NCBI GenBank assembly: GCA_048938105.1
Contig: JBHLMN010000024.1
Coordinates: 22,413-86,412 of the forward strand
Origin: Promethearchaeota archaeon
Lineage (GTDB): Archaea; Asgardarchaeota; Heimdallarchaeia; Hodarchaeales; Hodarchaeaceae
Length of the DNA stretch: 64,000 bases
Reading direction: 5' to 3'
The translations under genes were made by a program, and so were the position numbers. This document shows positions 1-10,283 of the stretch, in pieces. The notes below the pieces were generated by a model, which worked only from the letters and a program-made list of their open reading frames with translations, was not told where the DNA came from and searched no databases. Within the stretch, counting starts at the first letter, position 1. Each line of letters starts with the position of its first letter.

Positions 1-2
1 AC

Positions 3-197
3 AACTTATATTATGGTCTCGCATTAATTTTTTCGATTCTGGGAATTTTATCAACTTTGTGGTTAGTTTTCTTTGTAGAAACTAGCAAAGAACGTACAAT
101 TCGTGAACGGATAATTGGCTCCACAATTCGTTTAGTTCTAATGAGCTTATTCTTAGGTTTAGCTTTGCATTTTTGGATTCTTTTCAAACCAATTTGA
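3..197 (+). CDS. 5'-partial small two-TM membrane protein, OST5/TMEM258-like (not in ORF track)
   Basis: Manual translation NLYYGLALIFSILGILSTLWLVFFVETSKERTIRERIIGSTIRLVLMSLFLGLALHFWILFKPI*; two hydrophobic helices and a charged loop; SLFLG resembles the TMEM258 SLFMG pattern. Confidence 0.55.
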   Translation, partial: NLYYGLALIFSILGILSTLWLVFFVETSKERTIRERIIGSTIRLVLMSLFLGLALHFWILFKPI

Positions 198-423
198 TTC
201 TTCGTTCTATTGTTTATAACTGAACCCCAGAAAGACGATACATAGAGAAAAAAACAATAAATGAAATTGATTTGTCTCAATATTGGTTCATTAGTTTTTA
301 ACTAAGTATTTCAAGTTGCTAAAGAGTTTTTCCTTTAATAGAATAAATATCCAACCATAAGCTTTTTTAATAGCTAATCGGGAAGTAACATGATTTTTTT
401 CCTGTCAGTGCAATTGTCATCAA

Positions 424-753
424 TTGTATGGGAGAAATCATTTGTCGCTACTAGATCACTATCTTCAAGAGGAAAAATCTTATTGGAGCATACAGGCTCT
501 CCTAAGAAAAGCAATATGCAAGGGGAAATGGGTGTTGCTGTATGGTAGCCGAGTAATTGCTGTTTCAGAAACAAGAGACGAAATTGTAAGTCATTTTCAC
601 GATTTTTCTGAAAAATTAGATCCGAGGCACCATCTTCCCGGGGCTATCTGTGTACAGGTAGGGAATGAAAATAAATTCTACAGGATTCCAGTAGAAGAGG
701 AAGAAGAGGACGGAAAATCGGAACGTATTGAAAAACTGGTGACTCAGCTTTAA
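424..753 (+). CDS. Hypothetical protein, DUF5678-like
   Basis: GKWVLLYGSRVIAVSE pattern resembles DUF5678; acidic tail. Confidence 0.45.
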   Translation: MYGRNHLSLLDHYLQEEKSYWSIQALLRKAICKGKWVLLYGSRVIAVSETRDEIVSHFHDFSEKLDPRHHLPGAICVQVGNENKFYRIPVEEEEEDGKSERIEKLVTQL

Positions 754-804
754 TAGGAAGTTACTGATAACTAATATGTGAGGGGAAAATGCTGTTCATA
801 GTCT

Positions 805-2634
805 CTATTCAACTGTTACTGTTTTGGCCAGATTTTTTGGCTTATCAGGATCAAAACCACGTCGAACAGCAGTGTAATAAGCAAGCATTTGTAAAGGTAA
901 TATGTGGGTCACAGGCCTAAGTAGAGGCATAGAAGTTTCAGGTAGAATAAATGAATAATCAGAGCGGTTTATGATAGCATGGTCTTGTTCTGTTACTGAA
1001 ATGATGTATGCACCTCGTGCGATCATTTCTTCAGTGTTACTTAGCATTTTTTTAGCGGTCCAATCATTTGGAGCAATCATAATTACTGGAAAATTTGGTT
1101 CCACAATCGCGATAGGACCATGCTTACTTTCGCCTGCAGGAAACGCTTCTGCGTGGATATATGAAATTTCTTTGAGTTTTAACGCACCTTCTAGAGCGAT
1201 AGGCATATTAAAACCCCTTGCGAGAAAATATGCATGATCTTGATTTGAAATCTTTGAAGCTAATCTCTTAGCTTTGAATTCATTTTGATTGATGATTGTA
1301 CGAGTTATTTGTGGCGTTTTTGTGATGAGATTCTCAAGATTACGAGTGAATTCACTTGTGTTTGTAAGACCAATATCATGTTCTACTTGAAGTGCTAATC
1401 GTGCGAGGAGAGCTACTTGTGCAGTATGAGTTTTGGTTGCAGCAACACCAATTTCTGGTCCAGCTTTCGTATAAAGAGAAATTTGACTATAACGCGGAAT
1501 GGAGGAGTCAATAACATTTACTATTGAAATAATTGAGGCACCTAGTTTACGAGCTGGCGTTAATCCTTTCATCACATCCAGAGTTTCACCAGATTGGCTA
1601 ATTGCTATGATTAAAGTATCTTCATCAATCAGATGAGAGTAAGTTTTATATTCAGAAGCAATCACTTTATACAATGGTTTTTTTTTCAGAATTCGATGAA
1701 ATTGGTGGTAACCTGTCAGTCCTGCATGATAGCTTGTCCCGCAAGCTAAAAATATGATTCTTTCTGAGTTTATTATCTTGTTAGAGGCTTTCATAATTGC
1801 AGCTGGGTCTGTTTTTAACGTATTTTTAAGAGCGATTGGTTGTTCATGGATTTCTTTTAACATAAAATGGGGATACCCACTTTTTTGCGCACTCTCGGTG
1901 GTCCAAGATATAATAACAGGTTTTGGTTGAACTCTACAACCATTTTTCTCAATATAAACGTTTTGAGGGGTTAAGGTGGCAATTTCACCATTTTTCAGAA
2001 CGATTACCTTTTTGGTGTATTCTAAGAAAGCAGGAATATCGCTCGCAGCAAATTTCATATCTTCCCTGACACCAATAACCAAAGGGCTATCTTTTCGGGC
2101 TAAAAAGACTGTTTCAGGTTCTTTAGAGTAGATTAGGGTGATTGCATAAGTCCCTTCTATTTTATTCAAGACTCTCTTAAAAGCATTAATAGCTAATGAA
2201 TTTTGATTAGTCTGTTTCAATTCTTCCTCCATAAGATGAGCAATAACCTCAGAATCAGTTTCTGACGAAAATTTATGGCCATTTTCATAGAGGGCATTTT
2301 TTAATTCTAAATAATTCTCAATGATCCCATTATGTACAACAATAATATTTCCTGTGCAATCAGAGTGCGGATGAGCATTTTCTCTGGTGATTGAGCCATG
2401 AGTAGCCCAACGAGTGTGGCCAATTCCGATTGTTCCTGGGAGATCCTCAAGGGATAATCTCCTATTGACTTTGTCAATAGTTCCAACATCTTTTAACATT
2501 TCAATTTTTCCATTATTGATGGTAGCAATTCCTACACTGTCATAACCACGGTATTCAAGTTTTTTCAAACTGGTAGTGATCATTTTGGAGACATTAGTCT
2601 TTGAACTCGTTGTAATTGCAATGATTCCGCACAT
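805..2634 (-). CDS. glmS: Glutamine--fructose-6-phosphate transaminase (isomerizing)
   Basis: N-terminal MCGI, LEYRGYDS, GHTRWATHG, SQSGET, C-terminal PKNLAKTVTVE. Confidence 0.98.
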   Translation of the reverse strand: MCGIIAITTSSKTNVSKMITTSLKKLEYRGYDSVGIATINNGKIEMLKDVGTIDKVNRRLSLEDLPGTIGIGHTRWATHGSITRENAHPHSDCTGNIIVVHNGIIENYLELKNALYENGHKFSSETDSEVIAHLMEEELKQTNQNSLAINAFKRVLNKIEGTYAITLIYSKEPETVFLARKDSPLVIGVREDMKFAASDIPAFLEYTKKVIVLKNGEIATLTPQNVYIEKNGCRVQPKPVIISWTTESAQKSGYPHFMLKEIHEQPIALKNTLKTDPAAIMKASNKIINSERIIFLACGTSYHAGLTGYHQFHRILKKKPLYKVIASEYKTYSHLIDEDTLIIAISQSGETLDVMKGLTPARKLGASIISIVNVIDSSIPRYSQISLYTKAGPEIGVAATKTHTAQVALLARLALQVEHDIGLTNTSEFTRNLENLITKTPQITRTIINQNEFKAKRLASKISNQDHAYFLARGFNMPIALEGALKLKEISYIHAEAFPAGESKHGPIAIVEPNFPVIMIAPNDWTAKKMLSNTEEMIARGAYIISVTEQDHAIINRSDYSFILPETSMPLLRPVTHILPLQMLAYYTAVRRGFDPDKPKNLAKTVTVE

Positions 2635-2978
2635 TTTCTAAGTTTCAACCCTGATCTTCATCTGAATGGAATGAATGGCAATTAAAAGAATAATAAAAGC
2701 ATTTAATATCCCAAAGTAAGGATTTATATTTTTTCGCTTTAGCTTTTCTTGAAGTTAAGAAAAAAACAACAATTCAAGAAGATAAAGCTACAGTTCTAAA
2801 AAGGAACTAATGGGTTTAATTACACTTGTTTTCATGAAAATAGTTTTTAATCCGAAAGTAAAACAACCTAACTAATCTTTGCAACTAACTGATCTAGTTT
2901 ATTTTGGATCAGTAATTGTTAGAATTCTCAATCATACCTTAAAAACCAACAAAAATCTTCCGAGGGGATGATTTTTAA

Positions 2979-3881
2979 TTGATACGGAATATGTACAAAG
3001 TTACACCAAAAAAGGCACAGATCTTAGCCCACGATATTCGGTGGCAAATAATGGAACTCTTGATTAATGACGAAACACTATATGCAAAAAGTATTGCTAA
3101 AATATTAGAGTTATCGGAACAGAAGGTTCATTATCATTTGACTCAATTACGTGAAGCAGGTTTACTTGTACCACTTGGAGTTCGACGCATAAAACGAGGT
3201 CGTGCTAAGCTATTTAAACCCATAGCTAATCAATTTATCTTATCTTTGTCAAAAGAAGATAAAAATAACCACAAAACATCATTTGATATGATTTTTTGTA
3301 AACAATTTTGTAATAACGGAAAATTCTTTGGTAAAATTGTGGTTGGTAGTGCGGAACCACATGGTAGGTACGATGCGATTTCACGTGATGGATATCTTAC
3401 AGGGGAGCTCTGTTGGTATTTAGGAAATCATGTTACGATGGAAAGTAGTTCTGTTCCTTATTATGTGAGTACAGACTTGAATCATGATAAAGTAAATGGC
3501 AAAAAAAAGACTAATTTGATATTGATAGGAGGACATATCACCAATACCTTAACGGCCTTTTATAATGACATTCTTAAGTCTAAATTTGACATCTATTTCA
3601 GTGAAAATCGAATTATGAGCCAAAAGAAAGATTTTTCTCACCCTGCCCATGGATTAATAGCATTGTTTAAGAATCCTGAAATGAGTAATCTTTGGGTTCT
3701 CGTTTTAGCGGGAGTTCGTAGTTTAGGAACTCAAGCGGCAATTTATGCAATCATTTCTGATTATTGTGACTTATTGGCTGAAGATACTGAATTTGCTACA
3801 ATTTTACATGGAAAAAGTCTCGATGGAAGGCGAATAAATGGAGTAACGAAAGTTTTGAGTAAGAGGATACCTTCGGATTAA
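2979..3881 (+). CDS. ArsR-like wHTH transcriptional regulator with conserved archaeal C-terminal domain
   Basis: N-terminal HTH (IAKILELSEQKVHYHLTQLREAGLL); C-domain VVGSAEPHG and LILIGGHITN motifs. Confidence 0.75.
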   Translation: MIRNMYKVTPKKAQILAHDIRWQIMELLINDETLYAKSIAKILELSEQKVHYHLTQLREAGLLVPLGVRRIKRGRAKLFKPIANQFILSLSKEDKNNHKTSFDMIFCKQFCNNGKFFGKIVVGSAEPHGRYDAISRDGYLTGELCWYLGNHVTMESSSVPYYVSTDLNHDKVNGKKKTNLILIGGHITNTLTAFYNDILKSKFDIYFSENRIMSQKKDFSHPAHGLIALFKNPEMSNLWVLVLAGVRSLGTQAAIYAIISDYCDLLAEDTEFATILHGKSLDGRRINGVTKVLSKRIPSD

Positions 3882-4035
3882 TGCAAAAATCGAATTTGCC
3901 TAATGCCTATAAGAGGTCTATTTCCTTGAGGAGATCAAAAACTTCAAAATATTGTTGAAATATCTGTCTATTACCAGAATGAAACAGCTTTTTGGCTTAC
4001 TATGAAAAAAATAATGATGAAGAGATGGAGAAAGG

Positions 4036-4737
4036 TTGTCTGAAGTACAAAATTTACTAGAAAAAGCAATACAACAAAGAAGAAAAGTCCTTTCGGTTCA
4101 AGAATCCAAAAAAATATTATTACAAGAAGGTTTTCCAATAAATCCAACAGGTTTCGGAACCAACCTAGATGAGGTTCTGGCTGAAGCCCAAAAGATTGGA
4201 TTTCCTGTTGTACTTAAAGTTAGTTCTCAAGAAATTATTCATAAGTCAGATATTGGAGGGGTTGTCACTGGAATCAGAAATGATCGTGATCTTAAAGAGC
4301 AATATGAAATAATGCAACATAACATAGCCCAAAAAGCTGTTAATGCAAATATAGAAGGATATATTGTAGAAAAGATGGAATCTGGAATAGAACTCTTAGT
4401 AGGTTCAACTCTTGATCCCATGTTCGGACCAATCTTGGCATTTGGTTTAGGTGGGATATATGTTGAGGTTCTAAAGGATGTTGTTTTCCGTTTGATCCCC
4501 ATTAACCGAGAAGATGCAACAGAAATGCTTTCTGAAATAAAAGCAGCTAAAATACTAGATGGAATCCGTGGACAACCTCCTGTAAACAAAAAATCTTTGG
4601 TCGATTTAATGATGAAGACATCTGAGTTTATTGATCACCATACTGAGATCGAAGAGTTAGATTTAAATCCAGTCTTTGCTACAAAAGAGGGAGTATCGGT
4701 TGTAGATGCCCGAATTATTCTAAAGGTTGATGAGTAG
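4036..4737 (+). CDS. acdB: Acetate--CoA ligase (ADP-forming) beta subunit, ATP-grasp
   Basis: GFPVVLKV, HKSDIGGV, DPMFGP, FGLGGIYVE, ELDLNPV, VDARI. Confidence 0.92.
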   Translation: MSEVQNLLEKAIQQRRKVLSVQESKKILLQEGFPINPTGFGTNLDEVLAEAQKIGFPVVLKVSSQEIIHKSDIGGVVTGIRNDRDLKEQYEIMQHNIAQKAVNANIEGYIVEKMESGIELLVGSTLDPMFGPILAFGLGGIYVEVLKDVVFRLIPINREDATEMLSEIKAAKILDGIRGQPPVNKKSLVDLMMKTSEFIDHHTEIEELDLNPVFATKEGVSVVDARIILKVDE

Positions 4738-5131
4738 ATCGTGTATACCAGAATAAAAGAAAGCAGGAAATCGTCATTGTACTTCCTAACACAGAAAATA
4801 TGAGAGACAGAATCGAAAAAATGGAATATAAAGTTAAAAGTTTAAAAGTTTGAGCTAATAAAACTGGAATCAAAGCTACACCTCCTGCTAACACTAGTAA
4901 TCGAAATAATGACTCTAATTGCGTTATTTCATGAACCATGTTTCTCTTATTCAAAAAATACCCAATAACAATGCTGATTATCGCCCCTAATAAAACTGGG
5001 ATCCCCATTATAATCCACGTTTCGCTTCCAATGATGGTTAATCCAAACATTAGTACTAAAATCAAGCTAAATAAAAAAGAACTTGGAATCAAAACAAGCT
5101 CGAATCGTTGAAACGATGTTAAAGACACCAA
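4715..5131 (-). CDS. Hypothetical four-TM membrane protein
   Basis: Four hydrophobic stretches; 3' end overlaps acdB. Confidence 0.6.
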   Translation of the reverse strand: MVSLTSFQRFELVLIPSSFLFSLILVLMFGLTIIGSETWIIMGIPVLLGAIISIVIGYFLNKRNMVHEITQLESLFRLLVLAGGVALIPVLLAQTFKLLTLYSIFSILSLIFSVLGSTMTISCFLLFWYTRSTHQPLE

Positions 5132-5248
5132 AAAAACGGATCCTCATTTTTTTTTTCATAGAACAGATTTTTATCAAGATTTTAGGCAAACATAATATGA
5201 TTTTCAATAGATAATAAAAGATTTTTTACTATCTTCTCAACTTTCTTA

Positions 5249-5632
5249 TTGAGGATCAATATGCAACAAAAGTCATCATATCCATTAAGTCGTATGCAAA
5301 AAGAGCTCCAATTGAAAGTACTCATCCATTTCGGGATGAATGAGGAAGTCATCGAGAGAATGGGTGATGAATCTTATGGGGATGCTCTTACAAATTCAAA
5401 TGTCCTAGTTGTTCTTCAGTCCAATATGCCTCCGATGCCAATTCGGCTTTCTAATAATGAGATATATGAAATGATATTGCGAAACAATAGGGGGATCGTG
5501 GCTAAAGAAGGAAGAGCTAATCGCTATCTTGTTGCTTTACGAATGGATGCCACCAATGTATTAGTAGCTATTGGTGATGATTTAGATCCTGGGTTAATTC
5601 TTTTTGAGCTTCTGCAGTTTCACAAAAAGTAA
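5249..5632 (+). CDS. Roadblock/LC7-like small alpha/beta protein (true start probably 5261)
   Basis: ~120 aa; strand-strand-helix ending YLVALRM..NVLVAIG..DPGLILFEL typical of roadblock folds. Confidence 0.5.
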   Translation: MRINMQQKSSYPLSRMQKELQLKVLIHFGMNEEVIERMGDESYGDALTNSNVLVVLQSNMPPMPIRLSNNEIYEMILRNNRGIVAKEGRANRYLVALRMDATNVLVAIGDDLDPGLILFELLQFHKK

Positions 5633-5688
5633 GATGAGATTCAAGTTTGTAAAATATTTGGATAAAGATAATATGAGCTGATAAATCA

Positions 5689-6741
5689 ATGTCACCTAAA
5701 CATTTAGCAGTAAAACAACCTCAGATTACTTTAAATGACCGTTTGTTTGCGATCATCGTTCTTCTCAGACCACATCAATATTATAAGAATTTTCTTGTAA
5801 TCTTTGGTCTTTTCTTTTCTAGAAATCTGTTTCGAATTGACCTTTGGTTACCAATACTTCTGGCTTTTATCGCGCTTTGCCTTACTTCCTCTTTGAACTA
5901 TCTAATAAATGATTTTCGGGATCGAGAACGAGATCGCCATCATCCTGAAAAATCTAACCGACCTTTTCCTTCTGGAAAGGTTTCTACATTTTCAGGACTA
6001 TTAATAGCCTTTTTCTTAGTTGTCCTCATAATAATAATTTTGATTATTCTCCCCCCTTCACCAATAGAACAGTTTAATCTAGAAGAAATCTCATTATTGA
6101 CAAATCAAGAAAGTGAAATAGAGCACGCTAGTGTTTCAATTCCCTCAAAAACAGCTTTTATTTTAGTTTTAGGAGGTTTCTTTGTTACTAGCCAAGTTTA
6201 TTCTCTTTTTTTAAAACAAATTGTATTTGCAGACACAATCATGATTTCTGTTAACTATGTCTGGCGAGCAATCGCAGGTGCCGTGCTTATTGCGATCTCT
6301 GTCTCTCCCTGGCTTATTATTCTTTGTTTTATAACAGCGATGATGCTTTCATTAGCCAAACGGAAGGGTGATATATCAGTATTAAAAGAAAAGGCGAGTT
6401 TACATAAACAGGTTTTTAATATGTATACTCCAGAGCTCTTAGATCAGAGTTTAGCAACTATCACTGCGATTGAACTTCTTGCTGTATTTATCTATTTAGT
6501 AGAACGTCATCCATACGAAACAGTATTTATTGTACTCGCACTCCCTTTATTTACCTTTGGAATCTTCCGATATCTATTTTTAGTATCTAGTAATAGCATT
6601 ATAGGTCGTAGAGCTGAACGATTGTTCTTTGATAAACAGCTATTATTAGTAGGAGTAATCATAATTCTACTTTTTTTCACTGCAATCTATTTTCCCAACC
6701 TTCTTGATAATATATTAGGAATTCCAGATCCTAAATTCTGA
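5689..6741 (+). CDS. UbiA-family prenyltransferase, decaprenyl-phosphate phosphoribosyltransferase-like
   Basis: LRPHQYYKN, YLINDFRDRERDRHHPEKSNRPFPSG, AKRKGD; multiple TMs. Confidence 0.88.
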   Translation: MSPKHLAVKQPQITLNDRLFAIIVLLRPHQYYKNFLVIFGLFFSRNLFRIDLWLPILLAFIALCLTSSLNYLINDFRDRERDRHHPEKSNRPFPSGKVSTFSGLLIAFFLVVLIIIILIILPPSPIEQFNLEEISLLTNQESEIEHASVSIPSKTAFILVLGGFFVTSQVYSLFLKQIVFADTIMISVNYVWRAIAGAVLIAISVSPWLIILCFITAMMLSLAKRKGDISVLKEKASLHKQVFNMYTPELLDQSLATITAIELLAVFIYLVERHPYETVFIVLALPLFTFGIFRYLFLVSSNSIIGRRAERLFFDKQLLLVGVIIILLFFTAIYFPNLLDNILGIPDPKF

Positions 6742-6914
6742 TGGTCATCAGAAAGTGTATACAGACAAGTTCCTACATTAGAAATAGTACAAAATCAAAG
6801 TAGGATCGTAAAAACCTCTGGAAAAAAAGCAATAAGCTGGAGAACCTTCATCTCCTATTAAAAATATATAGAAAAAAAGAGACAGAAAACATTTAAGATT
6901 GATACTTTCAATCA

Positions 6915-7286
<372 letters not shown>

Positions 7287-7622
7287 TTTTAATTCATTCT
7301 CCAGCATTACTGTTCTATTTTAACCGCATTCCTACTCGTACAGTGAGGAATTAAGGATTATCTAGTGACAAAGATATATGGGCTTTATTTTTATAAATAT
7401 TTATTTCTCTTTTGATTATCTTTTAGGTATACTCTACTAATTCTTAAAACCAAGTAGAAGTCTATAAGAGGAAAATGAGAATTAATAATTACTAAAAGCA
7501 TAACCTTGGGTAAAGAATTAATAATTTGCCTCAAAAAGGTTTCTAAGAGGATTAATAATTGAGGATCCATACTTAGATGTAAAGCTTCTAATTATAAAGA
7601 CAGATTTAATCTGGGAATAGCT

Positions 7623-10067
7623 CTAATATACTCTATATCTATCAGATTTGACAATCAAGGAATATTGAAAAGGAGTATCCTTATCAAAGATCACTTCTGC
7701 AAAAAACCAAACCGTATCTCCGTACTCAAGAACATCATACTCAAATTTAACACTGGCAAAGCCTGAACCATCAATAGACGAGGACTCAATTAAAGTTTTA
7801 GGAGCAGTTTCAGAAGGAGAATTTCCAACATAAAAATCAATCTTTTGATCAAGGTAATCGCAGCTTGGCTGCCAAGGGTTCCATTTATTATCGAGAATGG
7901 ATCCTGAAACCATCATAAGGCGAGCAGAAATATTGAGGTTGTCTTGAAAGTCTATTATCGTATCGTTCCACGATATGGATTCACCATTAACAGTTGTCTT
8001 ATTCACATTCCATGGTTTGGCTAATGATTCAGCTGGCCCATAAGTATGGTAAGGCCAACTTGAATTAATCAAGAAACACTTTTTTACTGTTGATAGGACA
8101 GGTACGTCAATAGGAGTGCCTATTGGAAGTACATCTGCCATAAATTTGAGGAGAGGGTCAAAGCTGACCCACTCAACTCGATCCTCAATGATGGGTTGAG
8201 GGCCACTAGTATCGATCTCTTTGATGGGAACAAGAACCTCAGCCCACGCATGAAGCATCATGTTAGTAATTATTCGCTTAGAACCGTCTTCTGACGCTTC
8301 TCCTCCTAAATAACCCACTACAACACGACTTGGGATTCCCCGTAATCGCATTAGAGTGACAAAAAGTGAAGCGAAATGAATCGAAACCCCATTCCCATTA
8401 AAGAGGAACCACTCATTATAGTCCTCATTATCTTCAGGATGAGCCATAGTTCCTAATTGGTTTCCTAACCACATGTCAAAATCAAACATAAGTCCAAGTT
8501 TTCCAGTTGAATCAGTAACATTGATTGGGTCTGGGCTTGACGGAAGACCTATTGCTGCAGTCACTCGAGGGTCTGTGTTTATGTATTGTTGAGGAGCTAG
8601 TCTTTGCATATCGGCCAATGCTTGCGCAAAAACAGTTTGATTCTCATTAGTGCATTCATAAGCATTACTTACAACCAAAGGAGCCCAAACTTCGTATTTA
8701 TTGTTATTATTAGATAAGGATCTATCATGGACATAACAGGGATTAGGAAGTGTTCCTGTCTCGTTTGGTAACTGTAAATAAATGGCTTGAGTATCACTCC
8801 AATCTGATGGACTTAAGATATTTTCATACTCATCTTTCGTTGTTGAAAACATTGCAGCATCATAAATTGTATCACTTACATTCTTATAATCCATGGTGTA
8901 CTCAAATATTCCCTCCTCACTTGACGTTTCATCATCTATTGCAACATCAGCATAGATTCCTAATAGATCGTCAAATGAAGAGCCATAAGGGTAAGGATAA
9001 ATCTCTTGGGATTCAGCTGAGTCTATTGACAGACTACTACCACTAGCATCATACAACTCAAAAGATGCAGCATCGACATATGAACCGAATTCGCCGTTCC
9101 AAGTCGTTGGGAGACAGTTAGGAAATGAATTGTGTACCGAGACATCCACAAGTTCCTCACTGTAATCTAAGGGAATCTGAACCGTGAATCGAGCTGTTCG
9201 GTCTGACTCATCAATTTCATGAGAGTATGGGGTACCTTCTACAGTAGGAGTCAATGAACGATAACCCAATGGATCATAACGCCACCATCCAATCACATCA
9301 GTCCCACTAGGAGAACCGTGCAGTTCATAAGTTGTGAGACTCCCTATCCGCCAATAAGCTGGGGGAAAAGATCTGTCACTTTGGTCGCTCGAGACATTGA
9401 ATAAAGCTTTATACGGATTTTGTAATCCTGCAGTAAATTGGTCAAGAAGATTTTCAAGAAGATAGGTGGCATCCCAAGTTGGTGTATTATACAACTCCCA
9501 ATTGATGTCTTTCTTCTCGTAATCTTCAAAACGAGTACTTTGCCTGGGAGTTGCCAACCCCACAATTTCCGTGATATAAGTCCCCATAAATAGGGCAATA
9601 ATTAGAAGTGTAGGTAAGAGATTTAACAGGTTTCTACTGATATCTTTCTGCGCAAGTTGGTCAATTCTAGTACGAGCAACCTTAGTCAAAGCAAGCATGA
9701 AGATGATAGCTAATGAGATCATTTGGTGGAGGAAAAATGGGGAGGCAGCTCCTGAGACAATCTCCATATATTCTATTGTCGCGATATTGAGTAATATTGT
9801 TTTAAAAATCTCAAATACGAGTGCAAAACCATAAGGACCAACCATTTTTCGGGAACGTCGTAATAGAAACCATTCTACCATTGTAACAACAGAAATCATG
9901 CCGAATCCAGCAATGGCTTGTTGATAAAATTGCTCCTCTTGAGTACTTGTGCCAATTTGGGCTTGAACGAAGGATATGGCCGTTATTAAGCAAGTAAAAG
10001 CGCTAGCTAATACAAGGTAACGAATTGCTGAAGGTGCAGGATCCTTTCCTAGCTGTTCTGTACTCAT
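7623..10067 (-). CDS. Membrane-anchored transglutaminase-like (TgpA-type) protein
   Basis: N-terminal TMs; GVSIHFAS...MRLRGIPSRVVVGY, HAWAEV, WVSFDP; the catalytic Cys position is Ser. Confidence 0.85.
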   Translation of the reverse strand: MSTEQLGKDPAPSAIRYLVLASAFTCLITAISFVQAQIGTSTQEEQFYQQAIAGFGMISVVTMVEWFLLRRSRKMVGPYGFALVFEIFKTILLNIATIEYMEIVSGAASPFFLHQMISLAIIFMLALTKVARTRIDQLAQKDISRNLLNLLPTLLIIALFMGTYITEIVGLATPRQSTRFEDYEKKDINWELYNTPTWDATYLLENLLDQFTAGLQNPYKALFNVSSDQSDRSFPPAYWRIGSLTTYELHGSPSGTDVIGWWRYDPLGYRSLTPTVEGTPYSHEIDESDRTARFTVQIPLDYSEELVDVSVHNSFPNCLPTTWNGEFGSYVDAASFELYDASGSSLSIDSAESQEIYPYPYGSSFDDLLGIYADVAIDDETSSEEGIFEYTMDYKNVSDTIYDAAMFSTTKDEYENILSPSDWSDTQAIYLQLPNETGTLPNPCYVHDRSLSNNNNKYEVWAPLVVSNAYECTNENQTVFAQALADMQRLAPQQYINTDPRVTAAIGLPSSPDPINVTDSTGKLGLMFDFDMWLGNQLGTMAHPEDNEDYNEWFLFNGNGVSIHFASLFVTLMRLRGIPSRVVVGYLGGEASEDGSKRIITNMMLHAWAEVLVPIKEIDTSGPQPIIEDRVEWVSFDPLLKFMADVLPIGTPIDVPVLSTVKKCFLINSSWPYHTYGPAESLAKPWNVNKTTVNGESISWNDTIIDFQDNLNISARLMMVSGSILDNKWNPWQPSCDYLDQKIDFYVGNSPSETAPKTLIESSSIDGSGFASVKFEYDVLEYGDTVWFFAEVIFDKDTPFQYSLIVKSDRYRVY

Positions 10068-10283
10068 TCATTTCACCGAAAAGAGTCTCAACGTCTCAAT
10101 AAGTTGTTGGGGGTTATCATCATAAGTAATACTAGTATTTTATATCATTTTATGCTTGAAGCTTATAAATCATAGTGTTTTATATCATTGATTCTTTTAA
10201 AGGTAATCTACTGAACTCACCCTTCTTGAGAAAATAATTTGATTTTTTCTTTGTTATCATATCAACCGAGTAAACTGGGGAAT

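Noticed and set aside
11-280. 89-aa minus-strand ORF in the track
   Set aside because: Antisense shadow of a more convincing two-TM ORF on + (3..197).
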